Of a stretch of 64,000 nucleotides of DNA, positions 29,141-37,633 are shown piece by piece. Made by a program: the position numbers and the translations under genes. Under the pieces are notes generated by a model. That model searched no databases. It saw nothing but the letters and a program-made list of their open reading frames with translations, and was not told the DNA's origin. How positions within the stretch are numbered: the stretch's first letter is position 1; the number at the start of each line of letters is the position of its first letter. Source of the stretch: Gammaproteobacteria bacterium (GTDB lineage Bacteria; Pseudomonadota; Gammaproteobacteria; Steroidobacterales; Foliamicaceae); the NCBI GenBank assembly GCA_026707445.1, contig JAPOWV010000016.1, forward strand, positions 6,758-70,757, written 5' to 3'.

Positions 29141-29671
29141 CTAGCCGTGTATCGGTTCGATGACCGCGTCGAGGTTGTTCTTGTCGCAGAAATCATGAAA
29201 GTCTTCGCGAAGCACCGCAATGCCCACCTCGCGCGGCACATGCACCTCAAGGCGCACCGCCAGCATGGCCGCGCCGGTACTCGGAGCATTGTAGCGCCGG
29301 GCATGGACCTCGGCGACGGCCAGCTCGCGCCGGGCAAAGAAACTCACCAACGCCAGCACGAGGTTGTCCCGCTCCAGCGCCACGGCCTCCACGTGGTAGG
29401 GAGCCGCGGGCGCCTGCGGCTCCCGCGTGGCCGTTTCGCTCAGTGAAATCTGGCAGCCCGTGCGCTTGCCGTAGCGCTCCAGCGCCGCGCGGACCTTGTT
29501 CATTGCATGCCAGTTGCCGTTGACCAGAAGCAGGGCGCCGAAGCTGTTTCCCAGCTGCGTCATGCGGGCGTCGCGGATATCTCCGCCGGCCTCGCTGACC
29601 ACTTCGCTGAGTTCGCGCGCGGACGCCTCTTCATTCGGACCCAGGGCCGATATCGCCAGCAGTTTTTCCAT
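29141..29671 (-). CDS. gcvR: Glycine cleavage system transcriptional repressor GcvR-like (tandem ACT domains)
   Basis: 176 aa with two ACT-like halves (LLAISALGPNE...; YHVEAVALERDNLVLALVSFF). It is divergent from dapA and adjacent to bcp, as in many Gammaproteobacteria. Confidence 0.7.
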   Translation of the reverse strand: MEKLLAISALGPNEEASARELSEVVSEAGGDIRDARMTQLGNSFGALLLVNGNWHAMNKVRAALERYGKRTGCQISLSETATREPQAPAAPYHVEAVALERDNLVLALVSFFARRELAVAEVHARRYNAPSTGAAMLAVRLEVHVPREVGIAVLREDFHDFCDKNNLDAVIEPIHG

Positions 29672-29716
29672 CGTCCGGCTAGCTTACACGCGAGAGCGAT
29701 AAAATGCCGCGCCGTT

Positions 29717-30592
29717 ATGCGCGGAAGCCTCGTAGCCCTGGTCACGCCCATGGACGCCTCCGGCGCCGTGGACTATCCGGCCGTGGACCGGCTGATCGAC
29801 TGGCACGCGGAATCGGGCACCGCCGCACTGGTCGTGGCCGGAACCACGGGCGAATCGGCAACGCTGACACATGACGAGCACGCGAAACTCATTCGGTACG
29901 TCGCCCGGCAGGCCGGCGGCAGGATCCCGGTCGTGGCCGGCACAGGATCGAATTCCACGGCGCAGACGATCGCCCTTTCGCAGGCCGTGGCCGGCGCCGA
30001 CATCGTCGCCTACCTCGTGGTTACGCCGTACTACAACAAGCCCACCCAGGACGGGATGTTCCGGCACTTCACGGCCATTGCGGACGCCGTTGAGCAGCCC
30101 CTGATCCTCTACAATGTGCCGGTCAGGACAGCGGTGGACCTGCTGCCCGAGACGGTGGGCCGCCTGGCGGAACATCCCCGGATCGGGGCCTTGAAGGAAG
30201 CGACCGGCGAGGTCGAACGGGTGGAAATCTTAAGGGCACTTTGCGGAGAGGGTTTTTCCTTGTACAGCGGCGACGATGCGACGGCGAGGGCCTTCATGCT
30301 GGCCGGCGGCGACGGCGTGATTTCGGTGACCGCCAATGTTGCGCCCCGGGCCATGTCCGACATGTGCAGCGCCGCGCTGGCCGGAGATTCCGCGCGCGCC
30401 GCGGAACGCGACGCGCCCCTGGCCGCATTGCATGACGCACTGTTCCTGGAATCCAACCCGATTCCGGTGAAATGGGCCCTCAAACGCATGAACAGGATCG
30501 GATCGGGCATCCGGCTTCCGCTCACCGAGCTTTCGGAGCCGCATCATGCACAGGTGCAGGGTGCGCTGACGGAAGCGGGAGCGTTGTCATGA
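29717..30592 (+). CDS. dapA: 4-hydroxy-tetrahydrodipicolinate synthase
   Basis: ATG at 29717 gives MRGSLVALVTPMD...VVAGTTGESATLTHDEH...YLVVTPYYNKPTQ...ALKEATG (Schiff-base Lys). Confidence 0.93.
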   Translation: MRGSLVALVTPMDASGAVDYPAVDRLIDWHAESGTAALVVAGTTGESATLTHDEHAKLIRYVARQAGGRIPVVAGTGSNSTAQTIALSQAVAGADIVAYLVVTPYYNKPTQDGMFRHFTAIADAVEQPLILYNVPVRTAVDLLPETVGRLAEHPRIGALKEATGEVERVEILRALCGEGFSLYSGDDATARAFMLAGGDGVISVTANVAPRAMSDMCSAALAGDSARAAERDAPLAALHDALFLESNPIPVKWALKRMNRIGSGIRLPLTELSEPHHAQVQGALTEAGALS

Positions 30593-30882
30593 ACAAGGTG
30601 GCGCTTGCGGCCGGACTGACTGCGTTCTCGCTAGCCCTGCACGGGTGCGGAATGATCGGTGGCGGGCTGTTCGGTGGCGGCACGCCCCCGTGCGAGAGTC
30701 CGCAGGAGTACCTGAATGCCGAAGCCGCCAGCCCGATGGTTGCACCCGAGGGACTGGAGACTCCGCAGGCTTTCGGCAATCTCGAAATACCCGAAGGTGA
30801 GATACTTGAGGGTCAGGCGCGCCGGAACAACGGTTCCTGCCTGGAAGAGCCTCCGCGGATCGAACAGCCGGGAGCGCGATAA
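30589..30882 (+). CDS. Small lipoprotein in the position usually held by bamC/nlpB
   Basis: ATGA overlap with dapA and lipobox LALHGC. At only 97 aa it is far shorter than BamC, so homology is not established. Confidence 0.45.
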   Translation: MNKVALAAGLTAFSLALHGCGMIGGGLFGGGTPPCESPQEYLNAEAASPMVAPEGLETPQAFGNLEIPEGEILEGQARRNNGSCLEEPPRIEQPGAR

Positions 30883-30894
30883 TGGCACATTGCC

Positions 30895-30982
30895 GGAGAG
30901 GTGGCCGAGTGGACGAAGGCGCCTGATTGGAGATCAGGTATACGGTCATACCGTATCGTGGGTTCGAATCCCACCCTCTCCG
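30895..30982 (+). tRNA. tRNA-Ser (anticodon GGA)
   Basis: Acceptor stem GGAGAGG/CCTCTCC plus discriminator G. Anticodon stem CCTGA/TCAGG with loop TTGGAGA. Long variable arm ATACGG-TCAT-CCGTAT and T-arm GTGGG-TTCGAAT-CCCAC. No CCA is encoded. Confidence 0.93.
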
Positions 30983-31016
30983 TATTTTGAAAGCCGCTGG
31001 ACAGAATTGATCGGCC

Positions 31017-32783
31017 ATGTCCGCGACCCAACCGGAAAACGATAAAGGGCTGCGCTTCGAAGCGGACGACCGGCCCTCCCTGCCTCTCACTATCGGCCTG
31101 GGATTGCAGAACACGGCGCTGACGCTGGCCGGCGTCGTGCTTACTCCGACCATCCTCATAACAACCGCCGGTGCGGGCGATGCCTATCTCAGTTGGGCCC
31201 TGTTCGCCGCGCTGGTGGTCAGCGGCACGGCCACGTTCATTCAGGCCGTGCGATTCGGCCGTATCGGCGCCGGTTACATCCTGGTGATGGGCAGCACCAC
31301 GGCTTACCTCGCGGTGGGCATCAGCGCCGTCCGGGCCGGAGGCCCCGAACTGATGGCCACGCTCATTGTCGTGGCTGCCTTCGCGCAGTTCATTCTCGGG
31401 TCGAGGATGGCCATGTTGCGGCGTGTATTTACGCCTACGGTTGCCGGCACGGTGCTCATGCTGATACCCGTGAGCATTGCGCCGATCATTTACGGCAAGC
31501 TGATCAACGTGCCGGCAAGCGTCGCTCCTGCCGCGGCGCCGGTAACGGCGCTGGTGACGCTTGCCGCCTCCGTTCTCCTGGCGCTCAGATTGTCCGGCAT
31601 CTGGCGGCTCTGGGCTCCAGCCATCGGCCTTGTATCCGGAAGCCTCGCGGGGGCGTGGTTCGGGCTCTACGACACCGCGCGGGTAGCGGCCGCGCCCTGG
31701 GTGGGGCTGCCGGATTTCAGCGCCTATCCGGGGCTTGACCTGAGCTTCGGCCCCACTTTCTGGGCGCTGCTTCCGGGGTTCGTCCTGGTCACGCTGGTCG
31801 GCGCGCTCGACACATTGGGCGACGCGATCGCCATCCAGCGCGTGTCATGGCGCAAGCCGCGCGCGACCGACTTCCGCTCGATCCAGGGCGCAATCTATGC
31901 CGATGGAGTGGGCAACCTCCTGTCGGGATTGGGCGGGACGGTACCGAACACCACTTACGGCAATTGCATCGCCGTTGTGGAAATCACGGGTGTGGCCGCC
32001 CGCCGCGTCGGCGTCTGCGTTGGCGCGGTTTTCGTCGTCCTGGCGCTGCTGCCGAAAATCGTCGCCGTTGTGGTCGCAATACCCGGACCGGTGGTTGGGG
32101 CTTATCTGGCCGTCATCATGGCGCTTATTTTCGTTCTTGGCCTGCGAATAGTGATCGCCGACGGCTTCGACTACCGAAAGCGCCTGATCGTCGGGTTCGC
32201 GGTCGTGGTGGGTATTTTGTTCCAATTCGACCTGGTCTATCCGGCTCTCCGGGAAGGAGCGTGGGGTGAAATTCTCGGCCAGGGCATGACGGTCGGGGGC
32301 ATCACCGTCATTCTCCTTTCGGGCTTTGTGGACCTGACCCGGTCCAGGCCGCGGCGCCTGCAGACCACGCTTTCCATCGCGGCCGTGCCGGCAATCGATA
32401 CGTTTCTGAGCGATTTCGCTCAACGGATGCGTCTGGACCAACGCACCACGTTCCGGCTTCGCGCAGTCGGCGAAGAAGTCCTGCATATCCTGCTGGACGA
32501 TCGGACGGAAGAGGACGGGCGCGGTCTGTTGCTGATCGCCCGGGCGGACGGTATGGCCACGGACCTGGAATTCATTGCCGGCGGCTCGGACATCAATCTG
32601 GAAGATCAGCTCGCCATGCTGAGCGAGGGAGGCACCGGCCTTCCCAACGAGTCCGAAGTGCCCCTGCGCCTGCTGCGCCACTACGCCACTTCGGTTCGGC
32701 ACCAGCAATACCACGGCACGGACATCGCCACGATCCGCATCGAACCGGAGGGAGCCCCCGGTGAGCATGCGAACGCAGAATGA
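31017..32783 (+). CDS. NCS2 (xanthine/uracil/vitamin C) family permease with a ~150-aa cytoplasmic C-terminal domain
   Basis: The N-terminal ~440 aa are polytopic with NCS2-like blocks (LGLQNTALTLAGVVLTP, GAGYILVMGSTTAY, GVGNLLSGLGGTVPNTTYGNCIAVVEITGVA). The C-terminus (TFRLRAVGEEVLHILL...LLLIARADGMATDLEFIAGGSDINLED) has an RsbW/GHKL-like pattern. Confidence 0.75.
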   Translation: MSATQPENDKGLRFEADDRPSLPLTIGLGLQNTALTLAGVVLTPTILITTAGAGDAYLSWALFAALVVSGTATFIQAVRFGRIGAGYILVMGSTTAYLAVGISAVRAGGPELMATLIVVAAFAQFILGSRMAMLRRVFTPTVAGTVLMLIPVSIAPIIYGKLINVPASVAPAAAPVTALVTLAASVLLALRLSGIWRLWAPAIGLVSGSLAGAWFGLYDTARVAAAPWVGLPDFSAYPGLDLSFGPTFWALLPGFVLVTLVGALDTLGDAIAIQRVSWRKPRATDFRSIQGAIYADGVGNLLSGLGGTVPNTTYGNCIAVVEITGVAARRVGVCVGAVFVVLALLPKIVAVVVAIPGPVVGAYLAVIMALIFVLGLRIVIADGFDYRKRLIVGFAVVVGILFQFDLVYPALREGAWGEILGQGMTVGGITVILLSGFVDLTRSRPRRLQTTLSIAAVPAIDTFLSDFAQRMRLDQRTTFRLRAVGEEVLHILLDDRTEEDGRGLLLIARADGMATDLEFIAGGSDINLEDQLAMLSEGGTGLPNESEVPLRLLRHYATSVRHQQYHGTDIATIRIEPEGAPGEHANAE

Positions 32784-32838
32784 CGCGCAACGAGTACAGT
32801 GATCATCCGGCGCCGGCGCGCCGAACGGGCAGCGACCG

Positions 32839-33720
32839 CTAAAGCGACGGTTCCAGCAGGGGGGACAGCGCCCGGGGGCGGTATTTCTCCAGCAGCGCAA
32901 ACAAAATGGCCGCTGTTTCGGCGTCGGGCTGTCCGGACCAGTCCGACGCTCTGAAATGCATCTGAAACGCAACCAGCGCGGCCCGCGTTTGTGGATCGTG
33001 CTCGCCGGTTTCGTTCACGTCGTAGCCATAGCTTTTCAGCGCTCGCTGAAGCAGCGTCAGGGTCGGCGGCCGCCCCTCGAAGCGTTCCCGGTATCGGTTC
33101 ACCGTGTCGTCGTCGTACCAGGCTCCGATGCCGTGTTCGTATAGCCTGCGCCAGGGAAATGTCGGCCCGGGGTCCAGCCTGCGATCGGGTGCGATGTCGG
33201 AATGGCCGACGATATCGACGGGATCGATACGGGGATGGCGTTCAAGGATGTCGAGCACGAGTTCGATGACCAGATCGATCTGTTCGGCGTCGAAATCGTG
33301 GAATTCGCAGCGATCTTCCGGCGGGGCCGGTTCATTGCCCAGCGGCACGGGGGAGCAAGCCGACCGGTTCACGATCTCGATGCCGATGGAACTTGCGTTC
33401 AGTGCGTCGTCGCCGTTCCAATGGCTCTGTCCGGCATGCCAGGCGCGGTGTTCCTCGTCGACGAGCCGGTACACACTCAGCCGCCGGTGCGGATATGTCG
33501 GGTCGCCGTTTTCCGGCACCAGGTAGTGCGCGCTGACGGGCCTCTGCGTGCGTTCGGTCAGCATGCGCATGGATCGGGCGAAGTCGACACTCGTGAAATG
33601 CATGACGAGGTGCTCGATGCGGCTGCTCTGGTTCTCGGACTCCACATCGACGAAGCGCAGGGGACTGCATGCGAGAAGCGCGAACGACGTCAGCAGGGAG
33701 GCGGCAGCCACGCGCGCCAT
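32839..33720 (-). CDS. amiD: N-acetylmuramoyl-L-alanine amidase (AmiD/AmpD fold) with a C-terminal peptidoglycan-binding domain; lipoprotein
   Basis: ATG at 33720 gives MARVAAASLLTSFALLACS (lipobox). The Amidase_2 block is VSAHYLV...RAWHAGQSHW...SIGIEIVN...IVGHSDIAPDRRLDPGPTFPW. The PG_binding_1-like block is LQRALKSYGYDVNETGEHDPQTRAALVAFQ. Confidence 0.85.
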   Translation of the reverse strand: MARVAAASLLTSFALLACSPLRFVDVESENQSSRIEHLVMHFTSVDFARSMRMLTERTQRPVSAHYLVPENGDPTYPHRRLSVYRLVDEEHRAWHAGQSHWNGDDALNASSIGIEIVNRSACSPVPLGNEPAPPEDRCEFHDFDAEQIDLVIELVLDILERHPRIDPVDIVGHSDIAPDRRLDPGPTFPWRRLYEHGIGAWYDDDTVNRYRERFEGRPPTLTLLQRALKSYGYDVNETGEHDPQTRAALVAFQMHFRASDWSGQPDAETAAILFALLEKYRPRALSPLLEPSL

Positions 33721-33785
33721 CGTTAGCGAAAGGGACGGATTGCCCAAAGGCGACGGGCTGGCTGTGACCGGCTCAAACGGGCCGG

Positions 33786-34364
33786 TCACTTCCCTTTCGG
33801 TCTGAACACCGTAGCCACGATCCCGTCGAGTTGGTTGCATCGATCCATCCAGGCGCGCACGTGCGGAAACGGACCATAGTCGATCGCCTGTCCGTGCCGG
33901 CCGAGCAGGTACGGGGCAATGGCGAAATCCACGATGGACAGGTTGCCGAGGACGAATTCCCGACCGTCGAGCTGACCGTTGAGGACTCCGATATTGAGCT
34001 CCACGTCCTTCCCGGCAGTCTTGCTCTTGGCGCGCACCGCGATGACCGTGTTGATCAGGTGGAACGCCTGCCAGTACAGCCAGCGGTCACAGTCCGCCCG
34101 CCCCCGGGGGTCGTCGGGCAGCATGCCCGTCTCCGGGTGCAGCGTGGCGAGATAGCTGAGAATCGCATTCGATTCCCACAGGCAGAAATCGCCGTCGACC
34201 AGCAGCGGGGCCTTGCCCATCGGGTTCATGCGCCGATAGGCGTCCGTCCTGTTCTCCTGCTCGCGGAACCCCATCGAATGGATCTCGACGGGGAGATCGA
34301 AGTGCTTGATGAACGCTTCGACCTTGCGGTTGTTGGGCGTGGGCGAGAACGAATAGAGTTTCAA
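33786..34364 (-). CDS. Glutathione S-transferase
   Basis: The N-terminal thioredoxin-like GST block is NPMGKAPLLVDGDFCLWESNAILSYL, followed by a helical C-terminal domain. Confidence 0.85.
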   Translation of the reverse strand: MKLYSFSPTPNNRKVEAFIKHFDLPVEIHSMGFREQENRTDAYRRMNPMGKAPLLVDGDFCLWESNAILSYLATLHPETGMLPDDPRGRADCDRWLYWQAFHLINTVIAVRAKSKTAGKDVELNIGVLNGQLDGREFVLGNLSIVDFAIAPYLLGRHGQAIDYGPFPHVRAWMDRCNQLDGIVATVFRPKGK

Positions 34365-34383
34365 GCGGTTTCTTCCCCGGCCG

Positions 34384-35013
34384 CTATTCGCTGGCTTGCT
34401 GCGCCTGATATTCGGCTCGCCAGGCTTCCTTTAGCTTGCGCGAGCGCTCGATCAGGGGTGCGAACTTTTCGTGGTCCACGTCCCGCTGGAAGAGCTTTTC
34501 GATATAAACCAGGGGCGCCACGGGGGATTCGGCCCAATGGATATAGCGCCATCCCTCCGGCTTCTTGCGCAGGACCGCGCTCACCCGGACATCCTCTCCT
34601 ATCGGCGGGCGGCCCCGTATCTTCATTTCGAAATGCATGTTCCAGGCGGCAATGGCCAGATCATCGGCGATGAGTTTTACCGAAATGTCGCGCATCTCCT
34701 CGCGCAGACCTTCCACCGCCGGGCTCGGCAGCGGCGGGTCGAGATAGTCCTTGAGCTGCTCCCAGCCGATGAACCAGTCGTCCTGCTCCTCGGCAAGGTA
34801 GAAGGGCACCTCTTCGTCGGGGTCCCACAGTTCCAGGACCGTTCGGAAGTCCTGTGAGTTCCATCGATCCGCGGTCTCGTGAACGAGCGCCCTTACGGCC
34901 TCGATTTCGTCCTGCTCGGCGGCATGGGCCGAGTGATTCGCAAGTGCGGTCATGGTCAATGCCACCCCCAATGCAAAAGTCGCCCGCAGCGACGCTACCA
35001 CAGTTGAAGACAC
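34384..35013 (-). CDS. Exported SnoaL/NTF2-like (DUF4440-type) protein
   Basis: Signal peptide, then IEAVRALVHETADRWNSQDF...AIAAWNMHFEMK...RVSAVLRKKPEGWRYIHWAES, an NTF2-like fold pattern. Confidence 0.6.
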   Translation of the reverse strand: MSSTVVASLRATFALGVALTMTALANHSAHAAEQDEIEAVRALVHETADRWNSQDFRTVLELWDPDEEVPFYLAEEQDDWFIGWEQLKDYLDPPLPSPAVEGLREEMRDISVKLIADDLAIAAWNMHFEMKIRGRPPIGEDVRVSAVLRKKPEGWRYIHWAESPVAPLVYIEKLFQRDVDHEKFAPLIERSRKLKEAWRAEYQAQQASE

Positions 35014-35033
35014 ATTCCCCTCCCTTGCAATCG

Positions 35034-35741
35034 CTAGTACTCCTCATCGTACTCGATGAGGTCGAAATGGGCGTTCATGTATCCGCCCACGGTGATCTTG
35101 ACGAAAAGAAACCCGTCGGTCGTGCACCACACGTCCTCGGTGGGGTGATAGTCGAGCAGGAACCGGTAATGGTCGGTCTCGAAGGTCCCGGCCGGCACCG
35201 TTATCTCTTCGCGTCCCACGTATTCAAGGTCGAAATCGGTGGTGCACAGGTTGGGGCCGGAGCATCCGTCATGCTCGCGCGAGGACATGAGTACGCCGCG
35301 GCACGGTTGCGGGTTCTGTTTTGAGGAGTGAATAAAGCGGGCGCAGTGGATCACGTCGCAGGACACAGGATGCGCTCCGAAGGACAGCGGCGGCGTGCTG
35401 AGATCCATGCGCTGGCTGGTGCGTCCGGTCACGACATTGACGGCTTCGCACTCGGCGGCGCCGTCGGTGAAGCGGAACCAGCCGCTGCCGAGAAACTCCC
35501 CGCTCTGATGCAATCGCACAAAACAGTCCAGCGGACGGTAATCGGGGTCCGTCGTATAGACCGTTTCCCGCAAGACGGACCTGTCCGCGACGACGCCCGG
35601 TTCGATTTCGCAATGCGCCCGCAGGGTTCGCTGGCCGTCCTCGTGGAAGGTGACCGACCACCACTCCCGTCCGAAATCGCGCCGTTCTCCTTCCGGATCA
35701 AAAATGTAGGCGATCTTGCCTCGTACGTTTCGATGTTTCAT
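35034..35741 (-). CDS. Hypothetical protein (235 aa)
   Basis: A long ORF with coding-like composition and no competing same-region gene. I did not recognise a family. Confidence 0.5.
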   Translation of the reverse strand: MKHRNVRGKIAYIFDPEGERRDFGREWWSVTFHEDGQRTLRAHCEIEPGVVADRSVLRETVYTTDPDYRPLDCFVRLHQSGEFLGSGWFRFTDGAAECEAVNVVTGRTSQRMDLSTPPLSFGAHPVSCDVIHCARFIHSSKQNPQPCRGVLMSSREHDGCSGPNLCTTDFDLEYVGREEITVPAGTFETDHYRFLLDYHPTEDVWCTTDGFLFVKITVGGYMNAHFDLIEYDEEY

Positions 35742-35859
35742 GTTGCTGTCGACCTTAATGGAGCAAAATCCGCTTGCAGCTTAATGGAGCTGACGATGCA
35801 AACATACCGTATTGCAGCAGGATTTCGCGTTGCATCGGGTTGCGGGGTGTTTCCTGATG

Positions 35860-35887
35860 TTGACTGTCAATGGCTCTCTTGTAGAAT
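35860..35887 (+). promoter_or_regulatory. Sigma70-type promoter for the vapBC-like operon
   Basis: TTGACT (35860-35865), a 16-nt spacer, then TAGAAT (35882-35887), located 36 nt upstream of ATG 35923. It lies in an AT-rich intergenic region, and near-palindromic sequence (tctacatgttatatgcataga) overlaps the start region. Confidence 0.6.
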
Positions 35888-35922
35888 CTACATGTTATAT
35901 GCATAGATAAAGGCCATAAGTT

Positions 35923-36177
35923 ATGCATAAACGAACGACAATCTTGCTGGATGACGAGGCGCAGGCTGCGGCCCGTGAGCTTGCTCATCGCTATGGATGC
36001 TCGGCATCCGAAGCGATCCGCCGCTCTATCCTGCACCATCGAGAGACTGTAATGGGTGTTTCGCCGGCGCGGCGGAAAGAGCGTGTTCAAGTGCTGAATC
36101 GCTTGATCGAGCTGTTTGAAGGTCACGACGTCGAGGAAGAAATCCGCCGGCTAAAGGAACAGGATGAAGGCTTTTGA
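35923..36177 (+). CDS. Ribbon-helix-helix antitoxin (VapB-like)
   Basis: 84 aa. KRTTILLDDEAQAAARELAHRYGCSASEAIRRSILH is an RHH pattern. There is a 4-nt overlap with the PIN gene. Confidence 0.8.
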   Translation: MHKRTTILLDDEAQAAARELAHRYGCSASEAIRRSILHHRETVMGVSPARRKERVQVLNRLIELFEGHDVEEEIRRLKEQDEGF

Positions 36178-36572
36178 TGACGGTTCATTTGGACACGGAC
36201 TTCCTGATTCACGCTTTGGGAGAGGCCGGAGCGGAGCGGCGGCGGTTATTTGAACTAGCGGAGTCGGACGAAGTTATCGAGATGAGCGCCGTTGCCTGGT
36301 ACGAATTCTCACGCGGCCCGAGAACGCCGGAGCAATTGGCGACCGGGCGTGCTTTCCTGGCGGAGGATGGAGTCATACCCCTATCGGAACATTTTGCATA
36401 CGCGGCAGGGGAGGTCTTTCGCCAATTGGGATCTCCGAGACGGCGCGCTGCGGACATTGCCATTGGTGTTACTGCCGCCTTGCGCGGCGCAACACTGCTC
36501 AGTTCCAATGTTCGGGACTTTGCCGGCATTCCTGATCTTGTCGTTGAAGGCCATCGCCAAAGGGCTTCATGA
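36174..36572 (+). CDS. PIN-domain toxin (VapC-like)
   Basis: VHLDTDFLIH (first Asp), AVAWYEF, RRAADIAIGVTA and LLSSNVRDF, giving PIN acidic-residue spacing. Confidence 0.8.
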   Translation: MMTVHLDTDFLIHALGEAGAERRRLFELAESDEVIEMSAVAWYEFSRGPRTPEQLATGRAFLAEDGVIPLSEHFAYAAGEVFRQLGSPRRRAADIAIGVTAALRGATLLSSNVRDFAGIPDLVVEGHRQRAS

Positions 36573-36667
36573 TCGGGCCGAACAGGGGCTGTTGGAGTAA
36601 GGAAGCGACTCAACGGCGTTGTTGATGAGCGAAAATCAATGCGTTGTTGAGTGGAGGAGGATCGCAA

Positions 36668-37618
36668 GTGAGCATTCACCCGGAACTGTTGCCTTTTCGC
36701 GATCAATTCCCGACGCTGGAACTGACCAGCGAAAACCTGGTGCAGACGCGCCATGAATTGAACCGGATGACGCTGGAAACGGCGGCCGCTATCGAAGGAT
36801 TCGATCATGTCGATGTCGAGGACAGGCAGATCGACGGCCCATCCTCCGGTCAGTCACTCAGGCTCCGGCTGTATTCGAGCGGCGATCCACCGGGCTTGCG
36901 GCCGTGCATTTTGTGGATCCACGGCGGCGGCTACATCCTGGGCTGTCCGGAGATGGACGAGCAGCTTCTTTGCCGCAAGGCCGACGAACTGGGCTGCCTG
37001 GTCGTGGCCGTCGATTACCGTCTGGCGCCCGAGCACCCCTATCCGGCGGCCCTGGACGATTGCGATGCGGCCCTGGGCTGGATTCTGGACAACGCCTCGG
37101 CGCTGGGCGTGGACGCGAATACGCTTGTGCTGGGCGGCGCCAGCGCCGGCGGGGGTCTTGCGGCCGCGCTGGCCCTGCGCGCCCGGGACCAGAGGCCCGG
37201 CGCGATTGCTTTTCAGTGTCTTATCTATCCCATGCTCGACCATCGCACCGGAACGTCCGCGCCGGCGGGGGCCGGGGAGTACTGGCTTTGGGGCGTGGAA
37301 CACAATTGTTTCGCCTGGGAGGCCTACCTGGGTCCCAACGACTTGACTTATGGCGTCTCGCCTTTTGCCTCGCCCGCGACGGCCAAGCGGCTGAAAGGCC
37401 TGCCACCCACGTACCTGTGCATCGGCGACCAGGACCTCTTCTACGAGGAGGAGGACATCGACTACGCGCGCCGGCTTCGCGACAGTGGAGTGGCGGTTGA
37501 ACTCGAAGTCGTTCCCGGGGCTCCGCACGGCTTTGATAAATTGCCTGCGCCCTTGTCCGAGCAGTCCTTGCAGCGCCGTTTCAAGGCTCTCTCCCGGCAC
37601 TTCTCGGCGCAAGGCTGA
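36668..37618 (+). CDS. Alpha/beta hydrolase, hormone-sensitive-lipase-like esterase family
   Basis: GTG at 36668 is preceded by GGAGGAGGA. Oxyanion motif WIHGGGYILG, nucleophile elbow GGASAGG, and a C-terminal DQD...HGF. Confidence 0.85.
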   Translation: MSIHPELLPFRDQFPTLELTSENLVQTRHELNRMTLETAAAIEGFDHVDVEDRQIDGPSSGQSLRLRLYSSGDPPGLRPCILWIHGGGYILGCPEMDEQLLCRKADELGCLVVAVDYRLAPEHPYPAALDDCDAALGWILDNASALGVDANTLVLGGASAGGGLAAALALRARDQRPGAIAFQCLIYPMLDHRTGTSAPAGAGEYWLWGVEHNCFAWEAYLGPNDLTYGVSPFASPATAKRLKGLPPTYLCIGDQDLFYEEEDIDYARRLRDSGVAVELEVVPGAPHGFDKLPAPLSEQSLQRRFKALSRHFSAQG

Positions 37619-37633
37619 ATCGAGGGGGAAAAG

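Noticed and set aside
30895-33000. A genomic island integrated at tRNA-Ser
   Set aside because: There is no integrase, no direct repeat of the tRNA 3' end and no compositional break. The downstream genes (permease, amidase, GST) look like ordinary chromosomal content.
35754-35791. The direct repeat cttaatggagc (two copies 27 nt apart) upstream of the vapBC-like promoter, as a regulatory iteron
   Set aside because: There are only two short copies in an AT-rich spacer, at or near the start codon end of the divergently oriented hypothetical gene. This is not enough evidence for a function.
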